From Setoptus koraiensis (Eukaryota > Animalia > Arthropoda), in NCBI GenBank assembly GCA_048013815.1, contig CM106585.1, positions 3,906,001-3,970,000 of the forward strand: a stretch of 64,000 nt of DNA. The letters are read 5' to 3'. Both the position numbers and the translations under genes were made by a program. Below, piece after piece: positions 14,593 through 27,890 of the stretch; positions within the stretch are counted from its first letter, which is position 1, and each line of letters opens with the position of its first letter. The notes beneath the pieces were generated by a model. That model did not search any database. It saw nothing but the letters and a program-made list of their open reading frames with translations, and had not been told where the DNA came from.

Positions 14593-15875
14593 CTAACACA
14601 CACACACACTGTGTGACGACATGCCACACGACCAATCAAATGAGCTGGCTAACAAGTAAACGAAATGCGAATGCGAATGCAAAAACCAAAACGAATGCCA
14701 ATGCCAATGCCAAATCGGCTGCCGAAGCGACACCTAAATGGAAAGTAAAGGGTACTGGCGGCGGCAGCAGCAGCAGCTCGAGCGAAAGGTAAGCATCATT
14801 GAACGTAGCATTAAATTAGATTGGACAAAGCCAAACTGCGAACGCTGCTCACTTTGCTCACAACATCTAGGCGCTGGCGCTTCCTTTTTATTTTTTAATC
14901 TTGCTGTTCGCCTCTCGTGGCGGCTGTCGGCTTGCATCTTATCGCTTATCGCTCTCGACTGTTGACTATTCGTCGACTGTTGCTGGTTTGTTAGCTGGCA
15001 GCTCACAATTGTGGCTGATGAATCGTCTTTGCGCATCGGTCTCGCCAGAGCCAGAGCCAGCGCCACCGCGTCATGTATAATAATGAGCGTTGCCTGTGTG
15101 GCCTAATGAGCTGGCTGGCGTACGCCGTGCCAGCTTGTGACAGATCGACAGACTGCGCTGACAGCCGGCGACAAGTCTCCGGCGATGGCAGTGAGCAAAA
15201 GCAAAAGCCAGCAAAAGCAAAAGCCCGCAAAAAAGCTTTGCACGCCAGAGATCATCTTTGTGGTTGTTTATCGCACAACTAATGGACTTGTCGGCTGTGC
15301 GCACTTGTTGTGCGATGGGGCCCGCCACATCGGACAACACGATCGCTGCATTGATACACACTGACAACGCTGACTTGTGAGTCACGTGTGCGCGAGCAAC
15401 GGCCGGCCGGATATTATTTTCACCACTTGACATTGGCAACAGTGACATTGGCAACAGCGACGCTGGCAACAGCGACGCTGGCAACAGCGACACTGGCGAC
15501 AGTGACATTGAGTGGCTCGGGCAGCTCAATGTCGGCCCATTAATCACGCCGTAACTATGGCGACCGTGCCCATTGTGACCACCGATCGGGCTACCTGTGT
15601 TTGTTTGTATATTCATGTACTTGTGTATAAAATTAATACATTTGTATTTATACTGTCAATACAAATGTTGCCAGTTTGCGCGCTTGAATGTGTGTGTGTG
15701 TTTGGCATTTTATTATTTTATTAATTTATTATTCATTGTGCCGGCTGATTTATGCCGCTGGGCGCACCGGCTGGCGCTGGCCAGGCGAGCCGGACAAGCC
15801 GCGTCAACCGTGATTGCCGACACTAGACTGGTGAGTTGATTCGAAAACATTGCGAGCGTTTCATTGGGTGGCCTC

Positions 15876-15968
15876 CAATAATTGAATCGCAATAATTGCA
15901 CTTCAATGTTTGAGCTCCAATGATTGAGCCTCAATAATTGAGCTTCAATTAGCGAGCTTCAATAATTG
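15876..15968. repeat. 14-bp tandem array (7 units) with near-palindromic CAATWATTG core
   Basis: Cores at 15876, 15890, 15904, 15918, 15932, 15946 and 15960. Confidence 0.85.
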
Positions 15969-17769
15969 AGTTTCGAATGGCGAGCGTCGGCCAGCGGGAC
16001 GACGGACAATTGATATGAATTGAATATTGATTGTATTCAAATGAGCGCCGGCTGTGAACGGAATTGGGCGACACTCACAACAGTTGTCAGCAGCAACTTG
16101 AGTCATCAGTTTGTCTGGCCATCTCGTGCAGCTATGTAATATGTGATATCTTGACTATTGTCGCTCGGTTGTCGCTCGGTTGTCGCTCGGTTGTCGCTGT
16201 ATCGTCGCTCGATCGTCGCTTGATTGATTCACGATTTAATTGGCGGCGCTAATGAAGCCACCAATTAGGCGGCGCACATTGCATGACCAATGGCAGCCAC
16301 AAGTGCCGTCAGACAGCGCGCGTACTTGCAATTAATTAACTCAACACTGGCAGTGCCCACACTTGAGCTGGAGATGAGATAAAATACAAATACAAAAAGA
16401 AAAAGAAAAAAAAATTAAAGGCAGCCTGAGCTAATTATTGAGTGATCGATATTAGATCAAATTAGAAACATACAGACATATGATAGACGTACGACTAATT
16501 GTTGGCCTAGTTACTAGTTGCCAGTTGCTAGTTCTCTCATAATATAATGGCCACATAATGCCGCACATAACACGGCTCACGTAATGCCACAGCTCATATC
16601 ATGCTCGTATAATTAATAGCTCGCCTTTAATTTTTATCTCTAGCTGTCAGCCTTTGTGCCTTTGCTGCAAAGGCTGCTAGTTATAACAGCTAGTTACAAT
16701 AATAGATAGTTATAATAATAGATAGTTATAATAATAGATAGTTATAATAATGGATGCTTATAATGGCTCGCTTGAGATACTCGTTGTACACTTATTAACA
16801 CACACACACACAATATACAAAGCAAAACTGTAGCAAGAGCGCAGTCACGAGCATCACAAGAAAGCCATTTGATCTTGGCAAGATCGAATCTTGAAGCTTG
16901 AGTTACATAATAGATAGCTTGTGTGATGACGATAACTGGTGAGACAATCGCGACTTCCACACATGACAACAACAACAACAACGACAACGACATGTAATGA
17001 CAGCAACATCAATGTAACTTTTCTCGAATGTTTACATTTTCAATGTTTGCGCCCTTTGTGGCGCGGCTCGCCCTCACGCAATCGCACTGGCAGCTCGTAT
17101 CGTTTGCCTCAGCCACAGTAATGACATCATAATGATGATTTATTGGCCGTCCGTCGGATAATCGCGCGCAACGATCCATTAGCCGTGGGTCCGACGCCGT
17201 CGATTGCGCTGATCGCCAGTGGAAGTGGTCGGCGGTTGTGGCAATTTTAGAGCCGCTCGCCGGTAGCTGCGACAACGGGCGACAACGAGCGACAACGACG
17301 ACAACGACGACACCGACGACAACGACGACAACGACGACGCGCCAATGACGACAAGCCGATATTAATAAACATTGGGCCGTTGTTGTCGCTTGCTCGCTTG
17401 TACGGCCGAGCGTACGACAGCCACACACACAATGATAATGCAACTTGTTGATGCTCGTTATATCATCTCGATATGTGTAACACAACATAGTAACGCAGCA
17501 GTTGCGGGCGCTGTTATCGGCGATTGCGCAACAGTCGCCGGCGCGCCGGCGGCAAGCTAGCTCGCTGACTAGCCATACTCTCATACTCATGTGCGTACAT
17601 ATGCGTACATATGCGTATGTATGCTAGTATGTATGTTGACGATTGCTGATCACACCACCATGCGATTGTAGCGCCAGATAGCGAGATCCGTCTGCTGTCG
17701 ACAGCACTGGCCAATCGGCTCTGTTGTGTCGGCCATGTTGCCGTTGGCGTGGTTGTTGGCGCTGTGGTT

Positions 17770-17850
17770 GGCGGTGCTGTTGCTCGGTTGTTGTTGCTCG
17801 GTTGTTGTTGCTCGGTTGTTGTTGCTCGGTTGTTGTTGCTCGGTTGTTGT
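17770..17850. repeat. 14-bp minisatellite (GTTGCTCGGTTGTT)x5
   Basis: Direct inspection. Confidence 0.9.
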
Positions 17851-19598
17851 TGTTGTCGGTGTCGCCGTTGTTGCGGTTGCGACGAGACGTGTAGATGGAT
17901 AATTGCGATATGCGCTGTCTATTATTTGCTGTGCACGCTCGCCTTGAGCCATCGGTATGCGCCCGATACCCCGCACATACCCGGCCGGCCCCGTGGCCAG
18001 ACACTGGCAACTGTGGCCAGACACTGGAAAATGTCGCAAACACACTGCCAGATATTGCCAGATATCGCACAGATATAAAGTTGGTATAAAGTTGGTATAA
18101 AGTTGGTATAAAGTGGCGGCGAAAACGGCCAACAGCGAGCGTGAGACGACAATGTGAGCCCGACAATTGTTGTGTGAGACCATTGTTGCCGGTATCCGCT
18201 GGCACCTCTATCATAGAGGCTCTGTGACAAGTTGCGCTCTATGTGCGCCTCGGTTATGTAATGGCTCGCTCAAGTGTCACGGCTCGAGATGAGACGACGA
18301 CGACGACGACAATTAGACACTTGTAGCCATTTGATCCAGTTTCGACAACCGATACGTTGCGCAGCTATTGCGTCACAAGACGTGCCTCGTCGGCCGTTTA
18401 GCGTTTGCGGCCAGCCAGCTATGGCGGCAGCCGCGCCGATGGCGATTGGCCAATGTTTTGTGGTGTTCAGTTGTGATCAGTTGTGATCAGTTGTGCTCAG
18501 TTGTGTTCAGTTGTGACGATTGTCATTGTCACAACCGAAAGTGGAGCAATTATCGTCACACTGAATAGCACTCTGTCAGCATTCACAAGTGAATATCGGC
18601 GAGCATTTTCCAGCAAAGTGCCACACAATTCACATCAGCGGCTCATGATCAGCCAATCGGATGTATAACACACACGAGAGAAACAAAACAACAAAAAATA
18701 GCTGGCTAGCCGGATTGTTTGTTTGTTTGCACTGTTTGGTAGTGGTCTGCGTGAGTGTGTCAGTTTTTACTCATTACTCATTGCTGGTTACTCATTACTC
18801 GTTACTCATTACTGACAACATTGTCGGCGACTGGCGAGTATCTTATCTAAAATCGATATCTCATTTGTTGAGCTTGCTGTTGCAGCGGCAGCAGCAGCAG
18901 CTTGCCAGCAAATCTTGATAAGCCCGCTGGCAAGCGCGCGTCACACAACAGCCACAACAGTCCGCTAGCTGCTGGCTAACGAGAAAACAAATCAACAATT
19001 AATAATAACAGCAAAATTAATAGGGCCCGATGAAACCATAATGCACCGCAATACAGTACACTTGTTGGCAGACAATTACTATTTCATGTTTGTTAGCCGA
19101 CCATTGTTGGCGGTCGCAATTGCGCCGGCAGCCACCTATGAATACATATAAATATATATTCATGTGATATATTTGTGCGATATATTTATGTGATGTATTT
19201 ATTTGATATATTCATTTGATATATTCATGTATACGATATATTGATATTTATATTTATATATATATATGATGTTTGTGCGCTTGTGGCAGGCGAATGCGAG
19301 CAAGCGCAACCGAATGGCAAAAGTAAAAACGTAAACAAACGTAAACTGTAACCGAATGAGGACATGCCCGCACAAACGGCCTATTGCGCAACCATTGCAT
19401 TCAATATATCACAAAATGGGCTGGCACTTTCCATATCGTCGATATGGCGAGCAGCAATTATGTGTGCTGGCCGCTCTTGATGTGCTCTAATTGTTGATCG
19501 CTCGCTTTTATCCGCTCGCTCTAATCCCCGACAATCTCGTCGCTTGGTGCCCGATTGCCGGCTCATTTGCAGCCGCTGTCTGGCCGGCTCGCCGACTC

Positions 19599-19722
19599 AC
19601 TGATAAACTCACAAACTGATAAAGACTCTCAAACTGATAGACTCGCGCACTGACAGACTCGCGGACTGATAAACTCACGGACTGATAGACTCGCGGACCG
19701 ATAAGCTCGCTGACTGATAAAC
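19599..19722. repeat. About 16-bp tandem array (8 units) carrying WGATAR motifs
   Basis: ACTGATAAACTCAC / ACTGATAGACTCGC units. TGATAA or TGATAG is present in 6 of 8 units. Confidence 0.85.
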
Positions 19723-22700
19723 GCACTGCCAGTGAGGCTGCCGGTGCATACAAAACGATATGTCTGCAATTGGCCAATTGGACATTGGCATTTGTGCCGA
19801 GTGGCGCTCGAAGTGGTGTAACTCGAAACTGCAAATAATCAATTTGCCCATTAGCTTGCCAGTGGCCGTCACCGTACGGCACCGACGGCGTGTTTGTTTT
19901 GTCTCGTTACCTTTGTGCCCCCTGTAGGCCTACCTGGCCAGCTCGATATGCAGCTCTCATATCCAGCTCTCATATCTGGCTCTCATATCTGGCTCGCATA
20001 TCTGGCCGGCCGCTCGACTCGCTGGCTGCGTCGCTCGATTTTTCAATTGTTCAATTGGCTCGCATTGGCGGACGGGCCGGCCCTGTTTTTGCTTTCATTC
20101 GCGGCTCGTTGGCCCGCTCAATGACACATCGGCCCACAACAGCGGCCATTTTTGTTTATTATAACAATTTTGCATCGATCGGCCAATATATAATATAATA
20201 TCGCCTGAATCATTCAGGCTGAATGTCATTGCAACGGCCGCATTGTATTTTTAGCTTGCCATTGACAATTGACACCCGATCGACGAGCGCACAGCCGCGC
20301 GGATAATTGCCCGCGCATCGACTCACGTAAGACCCGACAATTGTCGTCTGTCCGAGCCGACTCGTCGACATTCGTCGGCCAATTATTCGGGCTGGCAAGG
20401 CCGCCCGAGAGCAAGTTACCAAGGCAACTTGTGCACCCCGACAGGCCCACTTGACAGTACCCCGAGCAAGCAATCGCGCCTTGCTGTTGGATATAGACAG
20501 TTCATGTTCCATTACATACATTATAATTATTATAACAGCTTGCAATGCGCGACAAGGGCATAATTGTTGCCGCTGTGTGCATTTTTGCACTTGAAAAACT
20601 AACGAATTGGCACTAATTTTACGAAATTTCCGACAATTTGCTCTCTCTCTCTCTTGTTCACGACAACAGCACGCACATGCCAAATTGTTGTTGTATTTGG
20701 CCCGCGCTTAAATCATAACGCTAATTAGCCGGCATAACCGGCGGCCAAATGTGATGAGCAACCAACTGTTGCTGTCGCTCGCAAGTGTCTTGTGCGAGTA
20801 TCATCGCACCTTGCATGTTAATTAACTGCATCTCGTGACCAGTCTGGCTGGCTGGTTGTTGTCGCGAACGCGATAGTGGCCAAATTGGCAACATATCTGG
20901 CTGCATATTCTCATACAGACATAGCCGACAATCATGCGGGTCGACTCACACAGCGAGCGACATTATCAATCACATTCTTGAGAAATGTGTCAGTCCCAAC
21001 AAATACCGTCAACCGTCAAACTGATAATCAAATTAGATTGCGCCTATCTATTGATCGAGTTGCTCACATCATAATCGCTCAATGAGTCGCTCGCATTGGT
21101 CGCTCTGGCAACGCCAAACGACAAATTCAATTTGTTTTTGGCATCTCAGGTAGCTCAAGTCTGACACGACAATAACTGTACCGCTCGCTGTAACAAGCCA
21201 GCGGAACCTTGAACTCGATCAATAAATACACTTCCACTCACAATGGGCACAGCTTATAATAGGCAAGCGTTTGTTTCAGCAACAACAACGGCAACAACAG
21301 CAACAACAACGGCAACAACAACGGCAACAACAACAACAACAACGGCAACTTTTTGCAACTTGGCATCCCTTGGAAGCGATCCTGTTTTTCCCATGAGCAC
21401 AGTGGCGCCACCTCTCGCCCAATGCCCGCTTCATGCACTTCGCACGCACTTCGTGTAGCCATCGGGCTGTCACTATTTTTAGGCTGGCTCGCTTTTTGAA
21501 TCGCACCAAACTCAGAGTTTGGTTCAGAGTTTGAAACTCTTTGGTCCGACACTCTGGCAACCAGAGTCTGGTTACGAAATAAATGAAAATAAATACTCCA
21601 ACACACTCTGCCGGCCCTCACATGCCGACCCGACCATCGGCCACTGTTGTTATGAGCTCACTTTTTGCCAGAATTGGTGTTTGTAGCACGTTCGAAGGCG
21701 ACTTCACAATCAGACTGATTGAATCAGTCGACCGACCGACTGAACGAGCGACAATTTGGGAGTTTGATCGCGTTATAACACCATTCTCGTTGTGACATTT
21801 CTCTTCGGCCCGTCAGCTGATGGTGAGCGCTAATGAACCAATCAATATTTGCAACTTGAAATGCTGGCTACAATTGGAACTTGTCAGACACGAACAGAGA
21901 GAAAATGTTCGAGACGTGGACAACTCTGCTCTGGCGACAAACGGTGAGTTTGCGCGCATCAGATATTTGGGCGAGTGTTGTGAGAGTTGGATTCAGGCTC
22001 GATGGACCATGTGACAAACTGATAGAAGCATAGACAGATCAGTGTTTGCGATTCGTTCAATATATCAGATAGCAGACAGCGAGGGGCCATCCTTTCTATC
22101 CTTTGTTGTCGTTGCTGTTGTTGTCGTTGTTGTCGTTGGCGCTGTTGTCGCTGGCGCTGTTGTTGTCGTTGTGTCGTTGTTGTTGTTATACTTGGACATC
22201 GCGTAAGCCTCTACATAAACATTGAGGGGCAACTCTTCCTCTTTTTTTCGCTCGCTCCTCTGTGTTTGTTCGCCGCTCGATGGCTGGCAGCAAGTTGTAT
22301 AGCAGCCTCTCTCTCTATCCATTCACTGCTTGGGCTATTCTTTTTTGCTGTTTTTCTTTTCCCTTTCTGGGGCCCCTTTCGCTTCTATTTGCATACGCGC
22401 TGACTGACACATTGGTGTGTTTGTTTTGGCAACTAGGCGACTAGGTAAGCCCGCCAGTGGCCAGCCGACACAGTTGCAGCTGATGATGACCAACGCGTAA
22501 ACCTAAATTGAATTTGATTATGTAAACGCAATTGTTGTGAGGCCAGTGCCAGTTTTGCTATTTGTAGTCGCAGGCATGATTGGATGATTGAACAACCAGG
22601 CCAGCAGCACGTGGCGACCGGCGGGGCCGTTGTCGCCGTTGTCGCCGTTGTCGCTGTTGTCGCTGTTGTTGTTGCTGGTGGCAACGATATCAGCAACAAC

Positions 22701-23256
22701 AACAGCGACAACAGCGACACGAGCAATTTGAAAGAGTTTTTGCGCCTCTTCTTTTTTCACTCTCCAATTCTTTTTTACTTTTTTTGACAACTCCACTCTC
22801 CTCTGTTACTCCAATTTACCTTTCGCTCTCTCCTTCGCGTCAGAGTGGCCGTCGTTTTTTGTCGCCTGTCGCGTAGGTTGCACAATGGTGCCTGTGTCCA
22901 TCTGTTTCGTGCTCGAGTGTCCGTCATTGGACACATATCACCCGCCACGAGTATTCATTGGCCTCAATGGGCGCCAATTTTCATTCCGTTCAATTGCATT
23001 ATTATATTGAATTATATTAGTGACAAGAGCCCACGATAAGAGTTAGTCTGTTTTGATTAGCTGCTTATTTGTTGCGCAATTTGTTGGCCTCAGCAGTCGC
23101 TGGGCCAGTGTCCGCCGACCTGGGCCCAGTTGAGCCGATCACACCGTGATATATGGCCGTGTGTTATATGCTGGTATGGCCAGGTTAGGTGTCCGATTGA
23201 TGTGATATAAACCGTTGTGTGACCGTTATTACTGCATATTAAATAGCGGCCACCTT

Positions 23257-24492
23257 ATGATGGATCAATTGAAAAATAACTGGATCCGTTTCCACTTGAG
23301 CGGCGCCTCACTCGCTCTCACCGACGCTCGCCCGTTCAAATTCGTATATGTTGAGCGCATATACGCTCTCAACATATACGCTCCGAAAATATACGCTCTA
23401 AACGTAACCAGCCAGCGCCGCGTAACAGTATCGCACCGGCTTGAGTATCACACTGTTACGCGGCGCTGGCAAAATTGTTTGTTTGGTTATCCGATCCACA
23501 TTGCGTCACTTGCTTGCCTGCCCGACACACACACATACACGCACGTTTTGCGCTTGCAATTGTCTCAAGTGGGGCCCTCGGTTGGCCATTGTGGGGCCGC
23601 CACTTTCGTTGCAGCCGCTCTCCGTTCACCTTTTTGGGGCCAATTTCCAATTTCGGCTGCATCCAGTGACAATTCCTTTAAACACACGCGCCAGCGACAA
23701 GATGAATATTTGCGCGCCAATCTAACGATTTCCGCCGGTTCAACTCACAATGTCATGATGGGCCCAAATGAGTCAAATTGGCCGTGCCAGCCACCTCCGA
23801 CGAACGACTGCGACAATGTGCTCGCGCCCACTTTGGCACCAAAACGAAAAAAAGAAGCCGGCACAAAAAGGAGAAGCCAATGTTGGTATCAATTACACTT
23901 TTTCCATTTCCCTCTTCACCTTCAACTCGCGCGTGTCAGTGCTTGCGACGGGCGATCTTGCAGCGATCGCTTGGCCGAATTTCGTAGCGATCGCTTGTCC
24001 GAAGCGGATTCGCTCGGACGACGCTATGCTCGCCGGCCAGTGCCTCTGTTCGGAAAAGAAACGAGAAACTTGTTCCGCGAAAATAAGCATTTCAGCGCGA
24101 ACAGTCGAATTCGTTTCCGTCGCAGAAATTCTGTGCGAGTCTTTCTTTTTGCGCTCACGGCTCACTCGAAGCCGGATAGATATCACGAATACAATGGATG
24201 GCACGAATGCAATGGATATCGCGAATGCAATAGATGCCACGAATTATCCTCCATCTATCCATTGTTGCCGCTGTTTGGCCATTCGCCAGCGATGGGCAGT
24301 GGGGCGCCGACACAAACTCTTGCCTATATTGTTGCGTCCGACGCGTGTCCGGTGTTTTATTTGACCAGGTGTCCGGTGCTGTGTTCGATGGACAGCGAGC
24401 AAAAAAACTGGCCAATCACTGGCGCCCACAGAGAGCTCCTAGTGAGCGCCCATTGGCCAGTGCCTCGGGGTCAGTGGCTGAGATTATATTGA
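23257..24492 (+). CDS. Orphan ORF (about 411 aa from first ATG), no recognisable domain
   Basis: Unusually long stop-free frame. Its internal tandem repeats have units of 15, 24, 18 and 24 nt. No homology recognised. Confidence 0.3.
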   Translation: MMDQLKNNWIRFHLSGASLALTDARPFKFVYVERIYALNIYAPKIYALNVTSQRRVTVSHRLEYHTVTRRWQNCLFGYPIHIASLACLPDTHTYTHVLRLQLSQVGPSVGHCGAATFVAAALRSPFWGQFPISAASSDNSFKHTRQRQDEYLRANLTISAGSTHNVMMGPNESNWPCQPPPTNDCDNVLAPTLAPKRKKEAGTKRRSQCWYQLHFFHFPLHLQLARVSACDGRSCSDRLAEFRSDRLSEADSLGRRYARRPVPLFGKETRNLFRENKHFSANSRIRFRRRNSVRVFLFALTAHSKPDRYHEYNGWHECNGYRECNRCHELSSIYPLLPLFGHSPAMGSGAPTQTLAYIVASDACPVFYLTRCPVLCSMDSEQKNWPITGAHRELLVSAHWPVPRGQWLRLY

Positions 24493-27400
24493 GTTTATAT
24501 AGGGTCAGCAGCGAGGATTCTTTTTGGCGCGCACTAATGGCGACACACTGACCCATTGACACCGACCTATATCATCAGGGGCCAGCCTATATCTTGACGA
24601 CTGAGCCGCTGGACGGCGCTCGTTGTTGGAATGGTGTGTGTGTGTGTCGCATTGGTTGACGTTGTGGATTTAGTGTCATTGGACAATTGCCGACATGACA
24701 GTAATTGAGCTGGCCCCACTAGCTACCACTCAATTACTGTGCCGCTAAGCTTATGTAAGCTGCTTTGTCTATGAGCCAGCCAGCCAAAGGCTGTCTCTAG
24801 CCAGATAAGTCTATTTCAAGCAGACTCTATTTATCCGCCGATCGGCGGCATCGGGATATCGTAAATTTAAAATTTGCTCCAACTGAGACACAGTATCTGT
24901 TTCGGCTCGGCGGCTTGCACACTGGAGCGGGCCCATAGATTTAAGAAGATTTACCGAGACTAGTTATCGTTATTATTATTATTAATATTATTATTGCCAT
25001 TATACTGCTTTGGCTGGCTTGGCTGGCTCGGCTGCTTGGATGCAGGGGCCACGGACACAAAACATTAAGTGGATCGAGCGGGCCAGCGGAGCAGGCAGCA
25101 AGCCGGGGACTTATAATCATCTGTGATCATTACAATGAGATGAAACAGATATCGATTCTACAAATAAACGACTTGATAGATACAACAACATCATTAGCCG
25201 ATTTGGGGCCCACTTGAGCTGCGCGCGTCGAGTCGACAGATATCGCCACATCTCGCCATTGCTGTCGTCGTTGCTTGTGACGCGCCGTGGGTGCCCCTCA
25301 CGACGCAGCTCGCTGCTGCAACGCATCACGCAAGACACGTCGCCAAACGAGCCGACGGTTGGTCTTGACTGGCGCCCACCGCTCCATCGATGGAGGGCTC
25401 CATCAAGCTGCAGCGGGCTCCATTGGGCTGCAGCGGGCCCCATTACTGTGCAATGGGCTGACGGCCTGCTCATTTTGCCAAATAACCGCTCTTGGGTGCA
25501 TTGTCAAATCATGCATTGCATCTCGGAGCGCCCCATCATTCGGAAATGTTTCTATCTATGCGGCGGCTAGATACGCGGCGGCGCGCGTAAGCCGCTGATG
25601 AATAATCCAACCGGCAACATACTTCATATTTGGCCGATTTGAGGCCGACATTGGGGCCAATGTTAAATAGAGAGCCTTGTTAACTTGGCCGACAGGGGAG
25701 CCCGCTGCTGAACGCACCGCTGGCCTGGCTGGCCGTGTCGCCCAGCAGCGCCCTCCAGTTTACTGACGGCCTTGCATAGCCCCCAGTGAGGGCACTATTA
25801 TACACCGACCATTATATGCCGACGACTATCGCATAATGCAATATCGCATTGCGACCGCCGCTCGGATAAGTGGCGGCCGACCAGTGACTAAATATTGAAT
25901 TAATACTCAAATGCTAGCTCGGGGCGACTCGACGGACCTATACTCTTTCGGGTTATCGCTGGTATATGTATATCGGAATATATCCGAGCAGCGCTTATTG
26001 TCTGGCCCGGCGAATCGTCTGCCTGGCGACATGAACTACTGCCGACTACAAATATACGCCAGTTCGGTCGTGCTGCCGCCAGCCAACACATCTGTATATA
26101 TCGGCTGGCCCCATCGGTACACTTATATCGGTATATTTATATCGGTGTACTTATATTGGTATTCTTATATCGGTATACTTATATCGGTATATATGTGTGT
26201 GTTTACATATATTGGCACATATATTGGCTGGCCCAACAATTGCCAGTGACACCCATAGGTCACTCAATCATGATTAACAGTTTGTTTGCTCGCACTAACA
26301 GTGCTTTGGCGATGGCTAACCCGTTGGCTGGCCATCGCCACAGTTTGTGTGTTTGCATTGTCAACTCAATGACTGAAACTGTTCGCTTGGGGCCCCGAGA
26401 CTCTCCAGTTGAGAGTGACATCAAGAGCCAATTGTCGCCAGTTCAACTGTGCACTGTGCCGTTAATGAAGATGATGATGTGCTAATGGACAAACATAATG
26501 CCAATGTGTGCACATAACAGTGTCCATTATTATGCAATGAATCAATATCATTATCGTGTCAGCGTTACGTAACTATCTGGGGCCACCAGTAGACCAGTGT
26601 CGTGCTGTGCCGCATCACCGATATGGCACAGCGCACATGATATAACACATGATATAACTCGTCTGTCCGAATCTAATGATATCGCACATCAGACAAATAT
26701 AACATCAGACAAATATAACATTCTGACGGCTGCATCTTGGAATGGGCGCATTATCGCTGGCGACATGTAATATGGACAAGCACGTAATATTGTTGTGTCC
26801 ATTATTACCTGGTCATAAAATATCATTGTGCTGTAGTTGTTGCTGGCGCGCGCTGGCCCCCATCAACTAATTTGCATAACTAACATGTACGTTTTGCAAA
26901 CAAATGAAGCCGCGGACACGGGCGCCCCAAAAATGAATGACTAACCCACTAACTAACTGGCAACAGTCCACACAGCTAATCCACAAAGGTCAGCAAATTG
27001 TTTGTTCGTTGCGTCAGCATCATCGGCCAAGTTTGTTTTTTATGCGTTTTTATATGTTTTTATACGTTATCGCTATTATCGTGCGCATGCATGGTCCATC
27101 GTGCGGGCCAGTCAGCCTGCAAAGTCAAAGTTAGCCAAACCCCACACTGACCCTATATAACTGGACAGGGGGCGAGCGACGGTGGCGCCCGCTTCCGGCC
27201 GCTTTTTTGGCCGCCTCTGGCCTCTTTTCAGGCGGCTTCTGGCCTCTTTTTTTGGCCGCTTTTGGCCCCTTTTCCAGGCTACTTCTGGCCTCTTTTCTCG
27301 TTGCTTCTGGCCTCTTTTCTAGTGGATTCTGGCGTAGTTACGCCAGTATACTCATACGCACATGTTCGGTCAGCACAGCCAAGCCAAGAGCTGTCGAAAT

Positions 27401-27509
27401 TGTGCGAAAGCTCTCGCTGGCTAAATATATCTGTTGGTGCAAATGTTGCATAGGCAGCACGTCGGTGTCTCGGCCCGGCTAGACCGCTTGTCATTTTTCG
27501 GCAACAAAA

Positions 27510-27890
27510 ATGATGGATGGCACCTATCATGCCAATAGCACGCGCGATACAAATAGCGACCGGCACGAGAATTGCCACAGAATGGACACAAACAAGCTGG
27601 CAAGCGAGCTGGTGCGATATGATTTTGGCTGGTATTGGCGCGTATTTGCATACGGCACATTCGGTTACAGTTGGCGCTCGTTGAAAGTGAACGCCGGCGG
27701 TGCATGGCGTCACTTCGACGAGCCCATGATTGATATGTTGAATATTGTGTGGGCTGACCAGCCTATAGCTGGCTACTTCTTTCCCCCGTTCATTTGGCTG
27801 GCTTTCATGAAAAACAATGATACAAAAAGTGAGTTGAGCACAAAAAGTATCGAAAGAAATGTTAATAACGCGCACTGCGCGCCCCATTAA
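27510..27890 (+). CDS. Small ORF (126 aa), possibly a degenerate WWE-like domain
   Basis: Globular-looking W/Y/F-rich sequence YSW...GGAWRHFDEPMIDMLNIVW...FIWLAFMKNN...KSIER. TATATAA at 27154-27160 upstream. Confidence 0.3.
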   Translation: MMDGTYHANSTRDTNSDRHENCHRMDTNKLASELVRYDFGWYWRVFAYGTFGYSWRSLKVNAGGAWRHFDEPMIDMLNIVWADQPIAGYFFPPFIWLAFMKNNDTKSELSTKSIERNVNNAHCAPH

